The notes under the pieces: model-generated
Seen by the model: the letters and a program-made list of their open reading frames with translations, nothing else
What the model was told of the DNA's origin: nothing
Databases searched by the model: none
Assembly (NCBI GenBank): GCA_002292855.1
Contig: DBBY01000042.1
Coordinates: 3,288-67,287 of the forward strand
Source: Flavobacteriales bacterium UBA972
GTDB lineage: Bacteria; Bacteroidota; Bacteroidia; Flavobacteriales; Schleiferiaceae
Reading direction: 5' to 3'
DNA length: 64,000 nucleotides
Position numbers and translations under genes: made by a program
Part shown: piece after piece, positions 38,371-48,300 of the stretch
Numbering within the stretch: position 1 is the stretch's first letter
How the letters are laid out: every line of letters starts with the position of its first letter

Positions 38371-39428
38371 TGATTTAAAATATGCAATCCCGCCGCCAAG
38401 GACTCCGCCATGCGCACTGCGGACCGCCCGTCGCCGTAGAGCTCCGGAACCGCCGGGCTGCCCAACTCGTTCCAGGCGGCAAACTGAGCCCTAATTAGCG
38501 ACTCAAGGTCGGGTAGGTCTGGATTGATCAGTGCCGTCCAGCCTGACTCCACGAGCTCGGTCCATTCCGTTTCGCTTCGCAAAACAATACCGCGCCGGCC
38601 CGCAAAAAAGGCCTCCTTCTGGAGTCCGCCCGAGTCAGTGATTACCCAGGCGGCATCGTGGAGTGCCTCCAAAAGCGCGGACCTCGTCATAGGCTGGCAA
38701 TCGGGAACATTCGTACTGCTAAGGCCAATGGCCCTATGGCGGGGGTGCCGAGGCCAAACAACCTCATAATCACGGGCCAAACCATCCAAGGCCTCTTCGA
38801 GCGCCTGCAATCGCCTCGGATTATCAATATTGGTGTTGCGGTGAAGGGTGACGAGGACTTTCCTTCCTTCTCCAGGACGGTAGGGGCGCCTCGGGAATGC
38901 ATCCAGCATCAAATCTCCGGGCCTATCTACCCATGGGCGGCCAGTGTCCAGCCCCTCCTTGCGAAGCTGCCTTAAGGCCCCCTCCGTGGGTGCCCAGAGC
39001 CAGTTCGCCCGCTGGTCCACCCAAACTCGGTTGTATTCCTCGGGCATGGCGTCGTTGAAGCTTCTCAAACCTGCCTCAGCATGAGCAAGAGGAAGGCCGA
39101 GCTCCAAGGCTGCCTTAGCCCCCAATAGGGTAGAATCCGTGTCGCCGTAGACCACTACTGCATCAACCTGCGCTTCTTGTAATGCAGCGACTAAATGGTG
39201 CAAGTCTGCGATTCGGTCGCTCCAAACCCCCGAGTAGTCGGGCCTAAGTCCCAGTTCTTGCCAAAATGAATCGTTCATGCTCGAGTCAAAATGCTGGCCC
39301 GTGTGCGCAATCCAGTTTTGGCCTCCAGCCTCAGCGACAGCCGCAACCAAGGGCTTCAACTTGATAAATTGGGGCCGTGCACCCACAACGTGGGCAATCT
39401 TGCGGGGGGCTAAGGTCCAGGCATCCAT
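38367..39428 (-). CDS. wecB: UDP-N-acetylglucosamine 2-epimerase (non-hydrolysing)
   Basis: IAHVVGARPQFIKLKP..HTGQH..VVYGDTDSTL..HAEAGLRSF..TDSGGLQKEA. Confidence 0.85.
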   Translation of the reverse strand: MDAWTLAPRKIAHVVGARPQFIKLKPLVAAVAEAGGQNWIAHTGQHFDSSMNDSFWQELGLRPDYSGVWSDRIADLHHLVAALQEAQVDAVVVYGDTDSTLLGAKAALELGLPLAHAEAGLRSFNDAMPEEYNRVWVDQRANWLWAPTEGALRQLRKEGLDTGRPWVDRPGDLMLDAFPRRPYRPGEGRKVLVTLHRNTNIDNPRRLQALEEALDGLARDYEVVWPRHPRHRAIGLSSTNVPDCQPMTRSALLEALHDAAWVITDSGGLQKEAFFAGRRGIVLRSETEWTELVESGWTALINPDLPDLESLIRAQFAAWNELGSPAVPELYGDGRSAVRMAESLAAGLHILNQ

Positions 39429-40120
39429 CCTCTGTCGGCAAAACTAACGTATTGGTTCTGCCCAATAATCAAATGATCCAAACAGGTTAGCTCCAGAATC
39501 TTCGCACCTTCAACGAGTCTTTGGGTTAGCCGACGATCTTCCTCCGACGGCTCTAGCCGCCCGCTCGGGTGGTTATGAGCCACGACCAAAGCGGGACTGC
39601 GCAGTGCCAAGGCCCGCTGGTACACCACCCTAACGTCGGCAGCCGTTGCCGTCCACCCTCCGCGACCAACGCATTCGTAGTGAATAATCTTGTTGGCACG
39701 ATTCAGGTAAACAACCCAAAATTGCTCGTGGTCTAGTGCGGACATGCTTGGATTCAAGAGCTGAAAGACGTCGTCGGAACCCCGAATAAACCGATCGCGC
39801 CCGACCGACTCGTTGCCGGCAGCGCGCCGCCCGAGCTCAAAGGCCGCCGCAACCGCCGCAGCCTTGGCCAAACCCACCCCACCCATGCCCTGAAGAGCGA
39901 GCACGTCGGCCGAGGCGAGACGCTGAAGTTGCCCCCCGTACTCCTCGAGCAGGGCTCGAGCCAGATCAACCGCGGAGTTCTCTCGGGTTCCCGACCTTAA
40001 AATGAGCGCGAGGCACTCCGCTGACGTCATGCCTCGAATGCCTTGAGCCATAGCCCGCTCTCGGGGGCGCTCCTCTTCGCTCCATGAGCGAATGGAACGA
40101 GCATTGTATTCCTGATTCAT
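39410..40120 (-). CDS. radC: RadC-family JAB-domain protein (UPF0758)
   Basis: ERPRERA..L.D.ELLA-like N-terminus and the JAMM motif VVAHNHPSG. Confidence 0.85.
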   Translation of the reverse strand: MNQEYNARSIRSWSEEERPRERAMAQGIRGMTSAECLALILRSGTRENSAVDLARALLEEYGGQLQRLASADVLALQGMGGVGLAKAAAVAAAFELGRRAAGNESVGRDRFIRGSDDVFQLLNPSMSALDHEQFWVVYLNRANKIIHYECVGRGGWTATAADVRVVYQRALALRSPALVVAHNHPSGRLEPSEEDRRLTQRLVEGAKILELTCLDHLIIGQNQYVSFADRGWMPGP

Positions 40121-40196
40121 GCCCCAAAACTCATACTGCTTTGAGGACCTAGTCGTCGGTTAAACGCATACAAGCATTTACCAAAAACGAGCCCAA

Positions 40197-40226
40197 ACAA
40201 AAAAACCGCCTCTCTCGAGGCGGTTG
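40197..40226 (-). terminator. rho-independent terminator downstream of rpsT
   Basis: On the minus strand: AACCGCCTC-gaga-GAGGCGGTT followed by TTTTTTGTTT. Confidence 0.8.
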
Positions 40227-40252
40227 AAGTAAACCATTAAAAGCACAAGGCC

Positions 40253-40507
40253 TTAGGCCATATGATTGACGTGCTTTGACAAGCTCGACTTCAAATTTGA
40301 AGCCTTGTTCTTGTGAATAATGTTGCGCTTGGCCAGCTTGTCGAGCATTGAGCTCACAATCGGCAACTGAACTGCAGCAGCAGCCGCGTCAGTCAAAGAA
40401 CGCAGTGCACGCACCGCATTACGGGTGGTCTTGTGGAAGAACTTGTTGTGAACGCGCTTGGCCTGGATTTGGCGAATGCGCTTCAACGCAGATTTATGAT
40501 TAGCCAT
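40253..40507 (-). CDS. rpsT: 30S ribosomal protein S20
   Basis: MANHKSALKRIRQ..KRVHNK.. Confidence 0.95.
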   Translation of the reverse strand: MANHKSALKRIRQIQAKRVHNKFFHKTTRNAVRALRSLTDAAAAAVQLPIVSSMLDKLAKRNIIHKNKASNLKSSLSKHVNHMA

Positions 40508-40528
40508 AGGAGCTATTAGTTAATTAAG

Positions 40529-40602
40529 TGACCCGTACGGGATTTGAACCCGTGATCTTCTCCGTGAAAGGGAGATGTCCTGAACCGCTAGACGAACGGG
40601 CC
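40529..40602 (-). tRNA. tRNA-Glu (anticodon UUC)
   Basis: The reverse complement reads GGCCCGTTCGTCTAGCGGTTCAGGACATCTCCCTTTCACGGAGAAGATCACGGGTTCAAATCCCGTACGGGTCA. It has 7-bp acceptor, D-, anticodon- (loop CTTTCAC) and T-arms, and closely parallels E. coli tRNA-Glu. CCA is not encoded. Confidence 0.9.
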
Positions 40603-40618
40603 CATCGTTTTGGGTGCG

Positions 40619-40626
40619 CAAAGATA
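40619..40626 (-). promoter_or_regulatory. -7 box TATCTTTG, 16 nt upstream of the tRNA-Glu 5' end
   Basis: Exact TAnnTTTG match. It would drive a tRNA-Glu/rpsT transcript. Confidence 0.45.
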
Positions 40627-40665
40627 TAGAATTCCCCCACAACCAACAACAAAGGATTGAGAAAC

Positions 40666-41334
40666 TTACGACCCCGAGGGACGAAATCCCAGTCTTTTGC
40701 CAGTTCGCTGCCGAAGTTCCTCGCGAATACCCTCTAAAGCCAGAACAGAAACTTCCTGAACGTCCTTGAACGGAGCGGCCTGCAAATCAAAGTCCATTGC
40801 CGTGACCATCAGGCGATAAAGCCAAATTTTTAGCACCTCTGGGCTCAATTCAGACTCCGCCAGCGGCAGGTTCAAAGGGCCCAAACCCTCGGCAAAATGG
40901 TGCCCCTCTCCGTTCACAAAAAAACGACTCATCAGCGTTCCCAAGTCGTTTAGCCGGCGCATTCTAAAGGAGTCCGACAAAAAGTTATAGACATGAATGA
41001 GGCCAAAATAGGCCCGTTTGGGATTCGTTTTGACGTAGGCCGTCTCCATGACACTGTGGCCCTCAGGCAGCAAAAACGCATTAGTATGCACCTGAAACAC
41101 CAAAGAGTCTCCCGAGAAGCGAATTTCAAATTCAAACTCGCCGCGGTCCACAAACTCCACCACCACAGAACGGTCAATACCAACCATCTTGCTGTTTAAA
41201 TCAAGGGCGACCGACTGAACGACAGTCCGCAATTGGGCAAAAGCCAACAAAACGCGACGGTGTACCAGCTGTTTGTTGCTGGACTTCGTAGCCAGCGTTT
41301 GGAGGATTTGCTCCGGATTGGATTCGGTATTCAT
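40666..41334 (-). CDS. hypothetical cytoplasmic protein
   Basis: 222-aa ORF, 2 nt downstream of the proS stop. No signal peptide. No family recognised. Confidence 0.6.
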   Translation of the reverse strand: MNTESNPEQILQTLATKSSNKQLVHRRVLLAFAQLRTVVQSVALDLNSKMVGIDRSVVVEFVDRGEFEFEIRFSGDSLVFQVHTNAFLLPEGHSVMETAYVKTNPKRAYFGLIHVYNFLSDSFRMRRLNDLGTLMSRFFVNGEGHHFAEGLGPLNLPLAESELSPEVLKIWLYRLMVTAMDFDLQAAPFKDVQEVSVLALEGIREELRQRTGKRLGFRPSGS

Positions 41335-41336
41335 AG

Positions 41337-42809
41337 TTAGTAGGCTCGTGCAAAAAGTACCCGCTGGATCGATGGCGCTCCCGTAAGGACGCAGGCGCCG
41401 TCTTCGAGCGGATTATCAATGGGAATACAGCGTATGGTCGCCTTAGTACGTTCTTTAATGCGCTCTTCGGTCTCTGGAGTACCGTCCCAATGGGCCATCA
41501 CAAAGCCACCCGCTTCGATGGCCGCCTCAAACTCAGCCCAGGTATCCACTCGATGCATGCTCGCCGCCAAGCGGGCCGAGGCGCGGTCCAAAAGAGCCTG
41601 CTGAATTTCTTCGAGGCGCGCGGGAATAGAATCCGCAAGTCCTTCAATAGCAACGGATTCCTTAGTCAAGGTGTCTCTTCGGGCCAGCTCCACCACCCCG
41701 TTCTCCAGGTCGCGCGGACCAATACCCATGCGCAAGGGGACCCCCTTTAGCTCGTACTCGTTAAACTTCCAACCGGGCTTGTAGCTGTCTCGGTCGTCGT
41801 ACTTCACGCGGACTCCTTTGGCGCGCAAGTCCGCAACCAACTTCTTTGCAACCAATGAAATGGCCTGCAATTCGTCTTCGCCGCGGTAAATCGGAACAAT
41901 CACCACCTGAATGGGTGCCAGCTTGGGGGGCAAGACGAGTCCGCTGTCGTCGGAATGCGTCATGACCAAGGCGCCCATCAAACGCGTAGAAACGCCCCAA
42001 GACGTGGCCCAAACGTGCTTCACCTGGCCGTCGCGGTCCTGAAACTTGACGTCAAAAGCCTTCGCAAAATTCTGGCCCAAAAAATGACTGGTTCCGGCCT
42101 GAAGGGCCTTGCCGTCTTGCATTAAAGCCTCAATGCAGTAGGTCTCCAGGGCTCCGGCAAATCGCTCGTTGGCCGTTTTGGTGCCTTTTACCACAGGAAT
42201 CGCCAGAACGGTCTCGGCAAACTCCGCATACACTTCAAGCATTTGTTCTGCCTCTGCGATAGCCTCCTCTCGGGTGGCGTGGGCCGTGTGCCCTTCTTGC
42301 CAAAGAAATTCGGTAGTCCGCAAAAAGAGCCGAGTACGCAATTCCCAGCGGACTACGTTCGCCCATTGGTTCACTAAAATCGGCAGGTCGCGGTAGCTCT
42401 TGACCCAGCCGCGGTAGGTGTCCCAAATAATGGTCTCCGAGGTGGGGCGCACGATGAGCTCTTCCTCGAGCTTGGCGTCTTCGTCCACAATGATTCCCTT
42501 GCCGTCGGGTGAGTTTTTGAGCCGGTAGTGGGTTACGACGGCGCATTCCTTAGCAAAACCGTCTACGTGCGCTGCCTCTTTGCTGAAGTAGCTTTTGGGA
42601 ATAAAAAGCGGGAAGTAGGCATTTTCGTGGCCCGTCTCCTTGAACCGTCGGTCGAGTTCCGCCTGCATGCCCTCCCAAATGGCGTAGCCGTGGGGCTTGA
42701 TGACCATGCAGCCGCGCACGCCAGAATTCTCGGCGAGATCCGCCTGAATAATGAGCTCGTTGTACCATTTGCTGTAGTCGACTTCGCGAGGCGTGAGATT
42801 CTTCGCCAT
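41337..42809 (-). CDS. proS: proline--tRNA ligase (archaeal/eukaryote-like type)
   Basis: [52 protein letters not shown]. Start at internal ATG 42809. The 164-codon ORF extension overlaps the divergent gene. Confidence 0.9.
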   Translation of the reverse strand: MAKNLTPREVDYSKWYNELIIQADLAENSGVRGCMVIKPHGYAIWEGMQAELDRRFKETGHENAYFPLFIPKSYFSKEAAHVDGFAKECAVVTHYRLKNSPDGKGIIVDEDAKLEEELIVRPTSETIIWDTYRGWVKSYRDLPILVNQWANVVRWELRTRLFLRTTEFLWQEGHTAHATREEAIAEAEQMLEVYAEFAETVLAIPVVKGTKTANERFAGALETYCIEALMQDGKALQAGTSHFLGQNFAKAFDVKFQDRDGQVKHVWATSWGVSTRLMGALVMTHSDDSGLVLPPKLAPIQVVIVPIYRGEDELQAISLVAKKLVADLRAKGVRVKYDDRDSYKPGWKFNEYELKGVPLRMGIGPRDLENGVVELARRDTLTKESVAIEGLADSIPARLEEIQQALLDRASARLAASMHRVDTWAEFEAAIEAGGFVMAHWDGTPETEERIKERTKATIRCIPIDNPLEDGACVLTGAPSIQRVLFARAY

Positions 42810-42848
42810 TATTTGGTATAAAAATTGGTTCTTTGACTTACTGAACCT

Positions 42849-42856
42849 CAAAAGTA
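42849..42856 (-). promoter_or_regulatory. -7 box TACTTTTG, 39 nt upstream of the proS ATG
   Basis: Exact TAnnTTTG match in the 53-nt divergent intergenic region. Confidence 0.35.
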
Positions 42857-42862
42857 CGTCCA

Positions 42863-43891
42863 ATGCGCTCCTACCTAATCCTCCTTCCTCTTGCTGCCCT
42901 GCTGACTGCCTGCGGCAGCCAAGGCACCTACCGCGATTTTGACGGAAGCTACTCCTGGACCAACACCCAGGCATACCGCGAAGGCTATCAGTCTGGATTT
43001 GACCGAGGCTACCAAGAAGGAATCGAGGACCAAGACCTAGACGACCGCGGCGCCGAATCCAGAAATCGAGCCGGGCGTACACGGACCATAGTCCGATATG
43101 TTTACTACCCCACCTACTACCAAAACTGGAGCCAACCCTGGATGCATCCCTATGGCTATGGGGGTGGATGGAACCAAGGCAACCCATGGAACCGCAGAAA
43201 CCGCTGGAATGACCACTGGAACTACCCCTGGGGCTACGGAGGAGGAACCTACTGGAACGATCCCTGGGCCTTTGGCGGTGGCAACTACTGGAACGATCCA
43301 TGGGGCTGGAACAGTCCTTGGGGCAACGGCGGATACTACTATGGTTACGGGGGCTATGGTGGCTACGGCTGTTTTGGCTGCTTCGGCGACTACAACCGAT
43401 GGAACAATCAAGGCTGGGGCGGAACCCAGCCTGGCGGCGGTGGCTCGGGTGGAGGTACTGCCGAACCTACCCCCGACGACGGAATACGGCGCCAGCAAAT
43501 TCAATCGGGAGCAGTGCCCTACCGACGTCCGGTTGTAGTAAATAACCCTGGAGGCGGGCGTCTTGAAACCACCCCAACACTTGAAGTTCGGGAGACTCGT
43601 GAAGGATCCTCAATCGTCGAACGACCAATTCAACGCCCGGGAAGCATTGCAGAACCCCAGCAGAGCCGGAGCGGCGCGCAAACTCGGCCAGCAACGAGCG
43701 CTCCACAAAGCACAACCCAGCCGGTTCCGCAGCGAGAAGTTCGGCCGGCCTCTGCCCCGGAGCGAAGGCCAGCAACCAATACGACGAGCCCTAGCCGGTC
43801 CGGAGGCTCTGCACCCTCTGTGCAGCAGCCGCAGCGTCAACCGAGCAGCAGCCCACAGCGGAGCAGCCCAAGCACTCGACGACCCCTGTAG
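42863..43891 (+). CDS. lipoprotein with a Trp/Gly/Asn/Tyr-rich repeat core and a Pro/Ser/Gln/Arg-rich tail (unknown family)
   Basis: Lipobox LLTAC. Core ..[88 protein letters not shown]... The tail is rich in P, S, Q and R. Confidence 0.6.
   Translation: MRSYLILLPLAALLTACGSQGTYRDFDGSYSWTNTQAYREGYQSGFDRGYQEGIEDQDLDDRGAESRNRAGRTRTIVRYVYYPTYYQNWSQPWMHPYGYGGGWNQGNPWNRRNRWNDHWNYPWGYGGGTYWNDPWAFGGGNYWNDPWGWNSPWGNGGYYYGYGGYGGYGCFGCFGDYNRWNNQGWGGTQPGGGGSGGGTAEPTPDDGIRRQQIQSGAVPYRRPVVVNNPGGGRLETTPTLEVRETREGSSIVERPIQRPGSIAEPQQSRSGAQTRPATSAPQSTTQPVPQREVRPASAPERRPATNTTSPSRSGGSAPSVQQPQRQPSSSPQRSSPSTRRPL
43241..43312. repeat. 2 x 36-bp tandem repeat ([12 protein letters not shown] / [12 protein letters not shown]) within a longer degenerate W-N-G-Y repeat region
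   Basis: tactggaacgatcc recurs at 43250 and 43286 (36-nt period). Confidence 0.75.
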
Positions 43892-43893
43892 CC

Positions 43894-45288
43894 ATGAACC
43901 GCAACCCGTATTTAGTTCTGATTGCTTTAAGCATCGGACTTGCATCCGCCCATGCTCAAAGCACCATGAGCGCCGTGTGGATGCAACGCAACCAGCTCTT
44001 TGGCACCGCCCGATACAACGGTTCTGCCGGTGCACTCGCGGCCTTAGGGGGCGACGGCACGTCGAGTCTTGAAAATCCGGCCCTGATGAATTCGAGCAGC
44101 TTTGGCGGAATGGAATTGAGCGGCTACTTTCGGTCGGACCGAGCGGACTTGAATAGCCAAGGAGCGGGAATTGGCCAAGCCTACATCGTAGGTTCATGGC
44201 GTCACAACAGCAAAGCTCGATTTTCACTAGGTCTAGCTCACCAGCAGCAAGGTTGGTTCCCCAACTACTGGATTCAGTCCGAAACGAACCCACAGGAGTC
44301 CGCTGTTTCTGCCTGGATAACAGAGTCCAATGGACTCAGCCCAGACCAACTTCTAAGCAGCGGACTCTACGACGCCTATGCAGCCTACATGGGCTACCTA
44401 ACCAACGTAGGAGCAGGCAATCAGTACAGCGCCGACGCAGAGGGCCTGCCCACCTACCGCCAGCAGCGCTTTGTGCGTGAGTATTCAAGTTCGTCGTGGT
44501 CGGTTCCGATTGCAATCAAAACGTCAAAGATTTCGGTAGGCCTTAGGATAGAGAGCCGCACCGGGCGCGCGCAGGAACGGCTTATTTTGACCGAATCGGG
44601 ATTCAGCCCCATTGGCTTGACCAAGGCCTACGAAAAAACCGTGGTTGACAGCAGCAACTGGAGCCTGTGGTCCTTGAAGCTTGGAATTGCCTTTCAAGCC
44701 ACTAAGAATTTGCGAATAAGCGCAGCTCTGCAGCCCGCGACCACCACCGAAGTGGACTGGGATTACCGGAACCGAGTAAGCCCAGAAGCCAACGATCCCG
44801 CGGTTACTCTGACGTCGTTTGAGCTCTTCGACAAGCAAAAATTCAGATACCAACTGCCCGTTCAAATGCAACTCGGCGTTGCTAGAACCTTTGGAACCAA
44901 GGCTGCGCTGACCGGGGTTTGGATTTACCATGGTGCCGTGAATGCACTGATCAGCAGCCCCCTCTCCTACTACGACATTGGCCGGTCTATGGCCGATGAA
45001 CTTCGAACCCACCATCAGTTTAGACTCGGTGGCGAGTACCGCCTGACCGAAGAATGGACGGCTCGGTCCGGATTTCAGTGGTCGGGATCGGCCACGATCT
45101 TCTCAGACCACAGCGCGCAACGCATGCTTGGGTTGGGAATCGGATACCAAGAGCTTGATTACGCGCTAGACCTGGCCTACAACCTGGTTCAAAGCAGTGG
45201 AAGCATCAACCCGGCCGGCTGCGTAGGGGATTGGATTCTGCCCACGCTGCACCAGCGAATTACGGGCACCTACCGGGCTCGATTCTAG
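43894..45288 (+). CDS. outer-membrane beta-barrel protein, FadL/PorV-like superfamily
   Basis: Signal peptide ..ASAHAQ. N-terminal G.A.AALGGDGTS..ENPA motif as in the FadL/TodX/PorV family. C-terminal ..TYRARF with a terminal aromatic. It starts 2 nt after the upstream stop. Confidence 0.55.
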   Translation: MNRNPYLVLIALSIGLASAHAQSTMSAVWMQRNQLFGTARYNGSAGALAALGGDGTSSLENPALMNSSSFGGMELSGYFRSDRADLNSQGAGIGQAYIVGSWRHNSKARFSLGLAHQQQGWFPNYWIQSETNPQESAVSAWITESNGLSPDQLLSSGLYDAYAAYMGYLTNVGAGNQYSADAEGLPTYRQQRFVREYSSSSWSVPIAIKTSKISVGLRIESRTGRAQERLILTESGFSPIGLTKAYEKTVVDSSNWSLWSLKLGIAFQATKNLRISAALQPATTTEVDWDYRNRVSPEANDPAVTLTSFELFDKQKFRYQLPVQMQLGVARTFGTKAALTGVWIYHGAVNALISSPLSYYDIGRSMADELRTHHQFRLGGEYRLTEEWTARSGFQWSGSATIFSDHSAQRMLGLGIGYQELDYALDLAYNLVQSSGSINPAGCVGDWILPTLHQRITGTYRARF

Positions 45289-45330
45289 GTCGGTGCAGCC
45301 AGGGGCTGCAACCTGATGTATTTTAGGGCT

Positions 45331-48300
45331 ATGAAACACCTTATTTGGATGGCAGCTCTGCTTGCCCTTCCCGCATCGCTTGAAGCCCAAAAACTTGACG
45401 CTCTGGCCTTTCGTGCCGTCGGACCCGCCCTCACAAGCGGCCGTGTAGCAGACCTCGCAATCAACCCCCTTAACCCCGACGAATGGTACGTCGCTGCTGC
45501 CTCAGGTGGTGTTTGGAAGACTGCCAACCACGGACTGACTTTTGAACCCCTTTTTGACGACCAAGGCTCCTACTCGATCGGATGCATCACCTTGGACCCG
45601 AGCAACTCCCACACGGTATGGGTTGGCACGGGCGAGAACAACAACCAGCGTTCGGTAGCCTACGGAGACGGGGTCTACAAATCGACCGACGGCGGCTCGA
45701 GCTGGACCAACGTCGGGCTTAAGGCCTCAGAGCACATCGGAATGATTGCCGTGCATCCCAAAAACTCCAACATCGTTTGGGTCGCGGCCTACGGCCCCCT
45801 TTGGAGCAGCGGCGGCGAGCGCGGAATCTACAAAACCACCGATGGGGGAACGACCTGGAGGAGGGTGCTGAACGTGTCGGAGCACACGGGATTCAACGAA
45901 GTGCACTTGGATCCGCGCAACCCGAATATTTTGTTTGCTACGGCCCACCAGCGCCGCAGGCACGTTCATACCTACGTTTCAGGCGGACCCGAATCCGGCC
46001 TATGGAAGTCTGAAGACGGCGGCGAAACCTGGTCAGAGGTCAAGAATGGCATTCCCAATGGCGACAAGGGGCGGCTGAGCTTGGCTATTTCGCCGGTGAA
46101 CCCTGACCTGCACTACCTGATGGTCGAGGGCCATGGAACCTACCGAAGCACGAACCGCGGCGCATCCTACAGCAAGCGCAGCGACCACGCTACCTCAGGC
46201 AACTACTACGTGGAGCTAATCGCGTCGCGAAGCGATGCCAACACTCTGTACAGTATGGACACCTACGTGCAATGGTCCGAAGACGGCGGAGCTACGTTCA
46301 AGAGCCTTGGCGAAAAGAACAAGCACGTCGACAACCATGCCTTTTGGCAAAACCCTTCGAATCCCAAGCACTTGATACTGGGCTGCGACGGGGGTATTTA
46401 TGAGACCTGGGACCACGGCCAAGCCTGGCACTACAAGGAGAACCTGCCGATTACGCAGTTTTACCGGGTTTCGGTGGACAATGCCGAGCCATTTTATGGA
46501 ATTTATGGCGGAACTCAGGATAACTTCTCGCTGGGAGGTCCGAGCCGCACCATCAACGACCGAGGAATTGTGAACAGCGACTGGTACGTGACCCAAACCG
46601 GAGACGGCTTTGAATCGCAAATTGATCCCAGCGACCCCAACATCGTCTACGCCCAAGCGCAGTATGGCGGACTTCAGCGCTTCGACAAAAAGTCCGGCGA
46701 GGGCGTGCCCATCAAACCGATAGAACCATTGGGCGGCAAGGCCTGGCGGTGGAACTGGGATGCTCCCCTTTTAATTAGTCCGCACGATTCAAAAACCCTC
46801 TATTTTGCGGCCAACGTGGTGTTTAAGAGCGTGAATCGCGGCAACAGCTGGACGCCTATTTCGGGAGATTTGTCGCGGCAACTGGACCGGCACCTGCTCC
46901 CGGTCATGGGCAAAATTCAAGGACTCGATGCCATTGCCTACAAACAGAGTACCTCCATGTACGGCACCATTACCGCACTGCACGAGTCGCCCAAGGTCAA
47001 GGGCTTGCTCGCGGTGGGAACCGACGACGGCTTAATTCATGTTTCGAGCGACGCCGGCGCAAATTGGATCAAGCTCGACAAGCTTCCGGGGATTCCGGAT
47101 TTGACCTTTGTCAATGATGTCAAGTGGTCGCAGCATTCTGCCGACGTGCTTTATGCGGTGTTCAACAACCACAAAAACGGAGACTTTAAGCCCTACCTAA
47201 TGGTCAGCAAAAACCGAGGCAAAACATGGGAAGCACTGAGTGCGGGACTACCGCAGCGAGGCTCAACCTACGTAATTGCCGAGGACCACAAAGACGGAAG
47301 CCTGCTCTTTGTGGGAACGGAGTTTGGTGTTTTTACCAGCACCGACGGCGGCCTCACCTGGACGGAACTCAAGAAGGGACTGCCTACCGTTGCCGTGCGC
47401 GACATCGCCATTCAGCAGCGCGAAGACGACCTGGTGCTGGCCACTTTTGGCCGTGGTTTTTATGTTTTAGACGACTACAGCCCCTTGCGCGAGATTAAAA
47501 ACGACATCAAAAAGAATGAGGCCATTGTACTCCCAATCAAGCCTGTCGTGCTCTTCCACGAGGCCTCTCCTCTGGGCTACGGCGGTGCCGGATTTTTGGG
47601 CGCGGGCTACTACATGGCCGACAATCCCAAGGTTGGAGCCACTTTTACCTACTGGGTTAAGAACGCACCCAAAACCCTGAAGGAGCAGCGCGAGGAACTG
47701 GAGAAGAAAAATTCCGCATCCGTTTACCCTAGCAAAGAGGCGATTCGGGCGGAGGCTGAGGAGGCCAAGCCCCATTTATCGCTGGTAATTCGTTCCAGCG
47801 AAGGCAAGGTGGTTCGGATTCTTCAGGCCAAGTACGTCAATGGACTAAAGCGCAGTACTTGGGACGGCAAATTGGCTCGCTCTGCCTCGCCAGACAAGGG
47901 CTCCTACCTCGCGCCAGCGGGCAGCTACAGCCTGCAGCTAGTGGGAGTTCAAGGAACCAAGATTGACACCCTTACCAAGCCCCTCGGTTTTAAAGTATCG
48001 CACTTGAGCAACCTAAGCCTTCCTGCCGAAAAGTCTGCCGATTTGGTTCTACTCCAAAACCAGCTCGATGCCTTGCAGCAGCGCATGGATTTGGTTTTGC
48101 GGCAAATGGACGAGGTTGAAACGCGCTTAGACCGCATTGAAAAGCAGGTTGACTATGGCGTGAACAGCCCCGCAAACCTGCTCGGCGAGGTGGCCAAGGT
48201 CCGCGCAGAATGGCGGTCGCTGAGCTTGATACTCGACGGGGATGAATTAATTGCCAGCAAGGAATTTGAAACCATGCCTGGCCTTCGCGACCGACTGAGC

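Noticed and set aside
39410-40120. RadC/JAB protein as a marker of a mobile element or toxin-antitoxin/anti-restriction island.
   Set aside because: There is no integrase, transposase, repeats, tRNA-flanked junction or compositional shift. It is embedded in an overlapping chromosomal gene chain. The nearby tRNA-Glu belongs to the rpsT unit and shows no att-like duplication.
42810-43301. 164-codon N-terminal extension of the proS ORF ([14 protein letters not shown]...), which overlaps the divergent W-rich lipoprotein gene.
   Set aside because: The canonical ProRS N-terminus ([16 protein letters not shown]) starts at ATG 42809 and a -7 box lies upstream. The extension is the reverse-frame shadow of the low-complexity repeat gene.
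43037-43545. Three further ORFs across the W/G/N repeat (43037-43504 minus, 43098-43538 plus, 43300-43545 plus), and 43563-44293 ORFs on both strands.
   Set aside because: Repetitive, low-complexity DNA keeps several frames open. Only the 42863 frame has a lipobox signal peptide, a start in intergenic DNA and tight coupling to the next gene.
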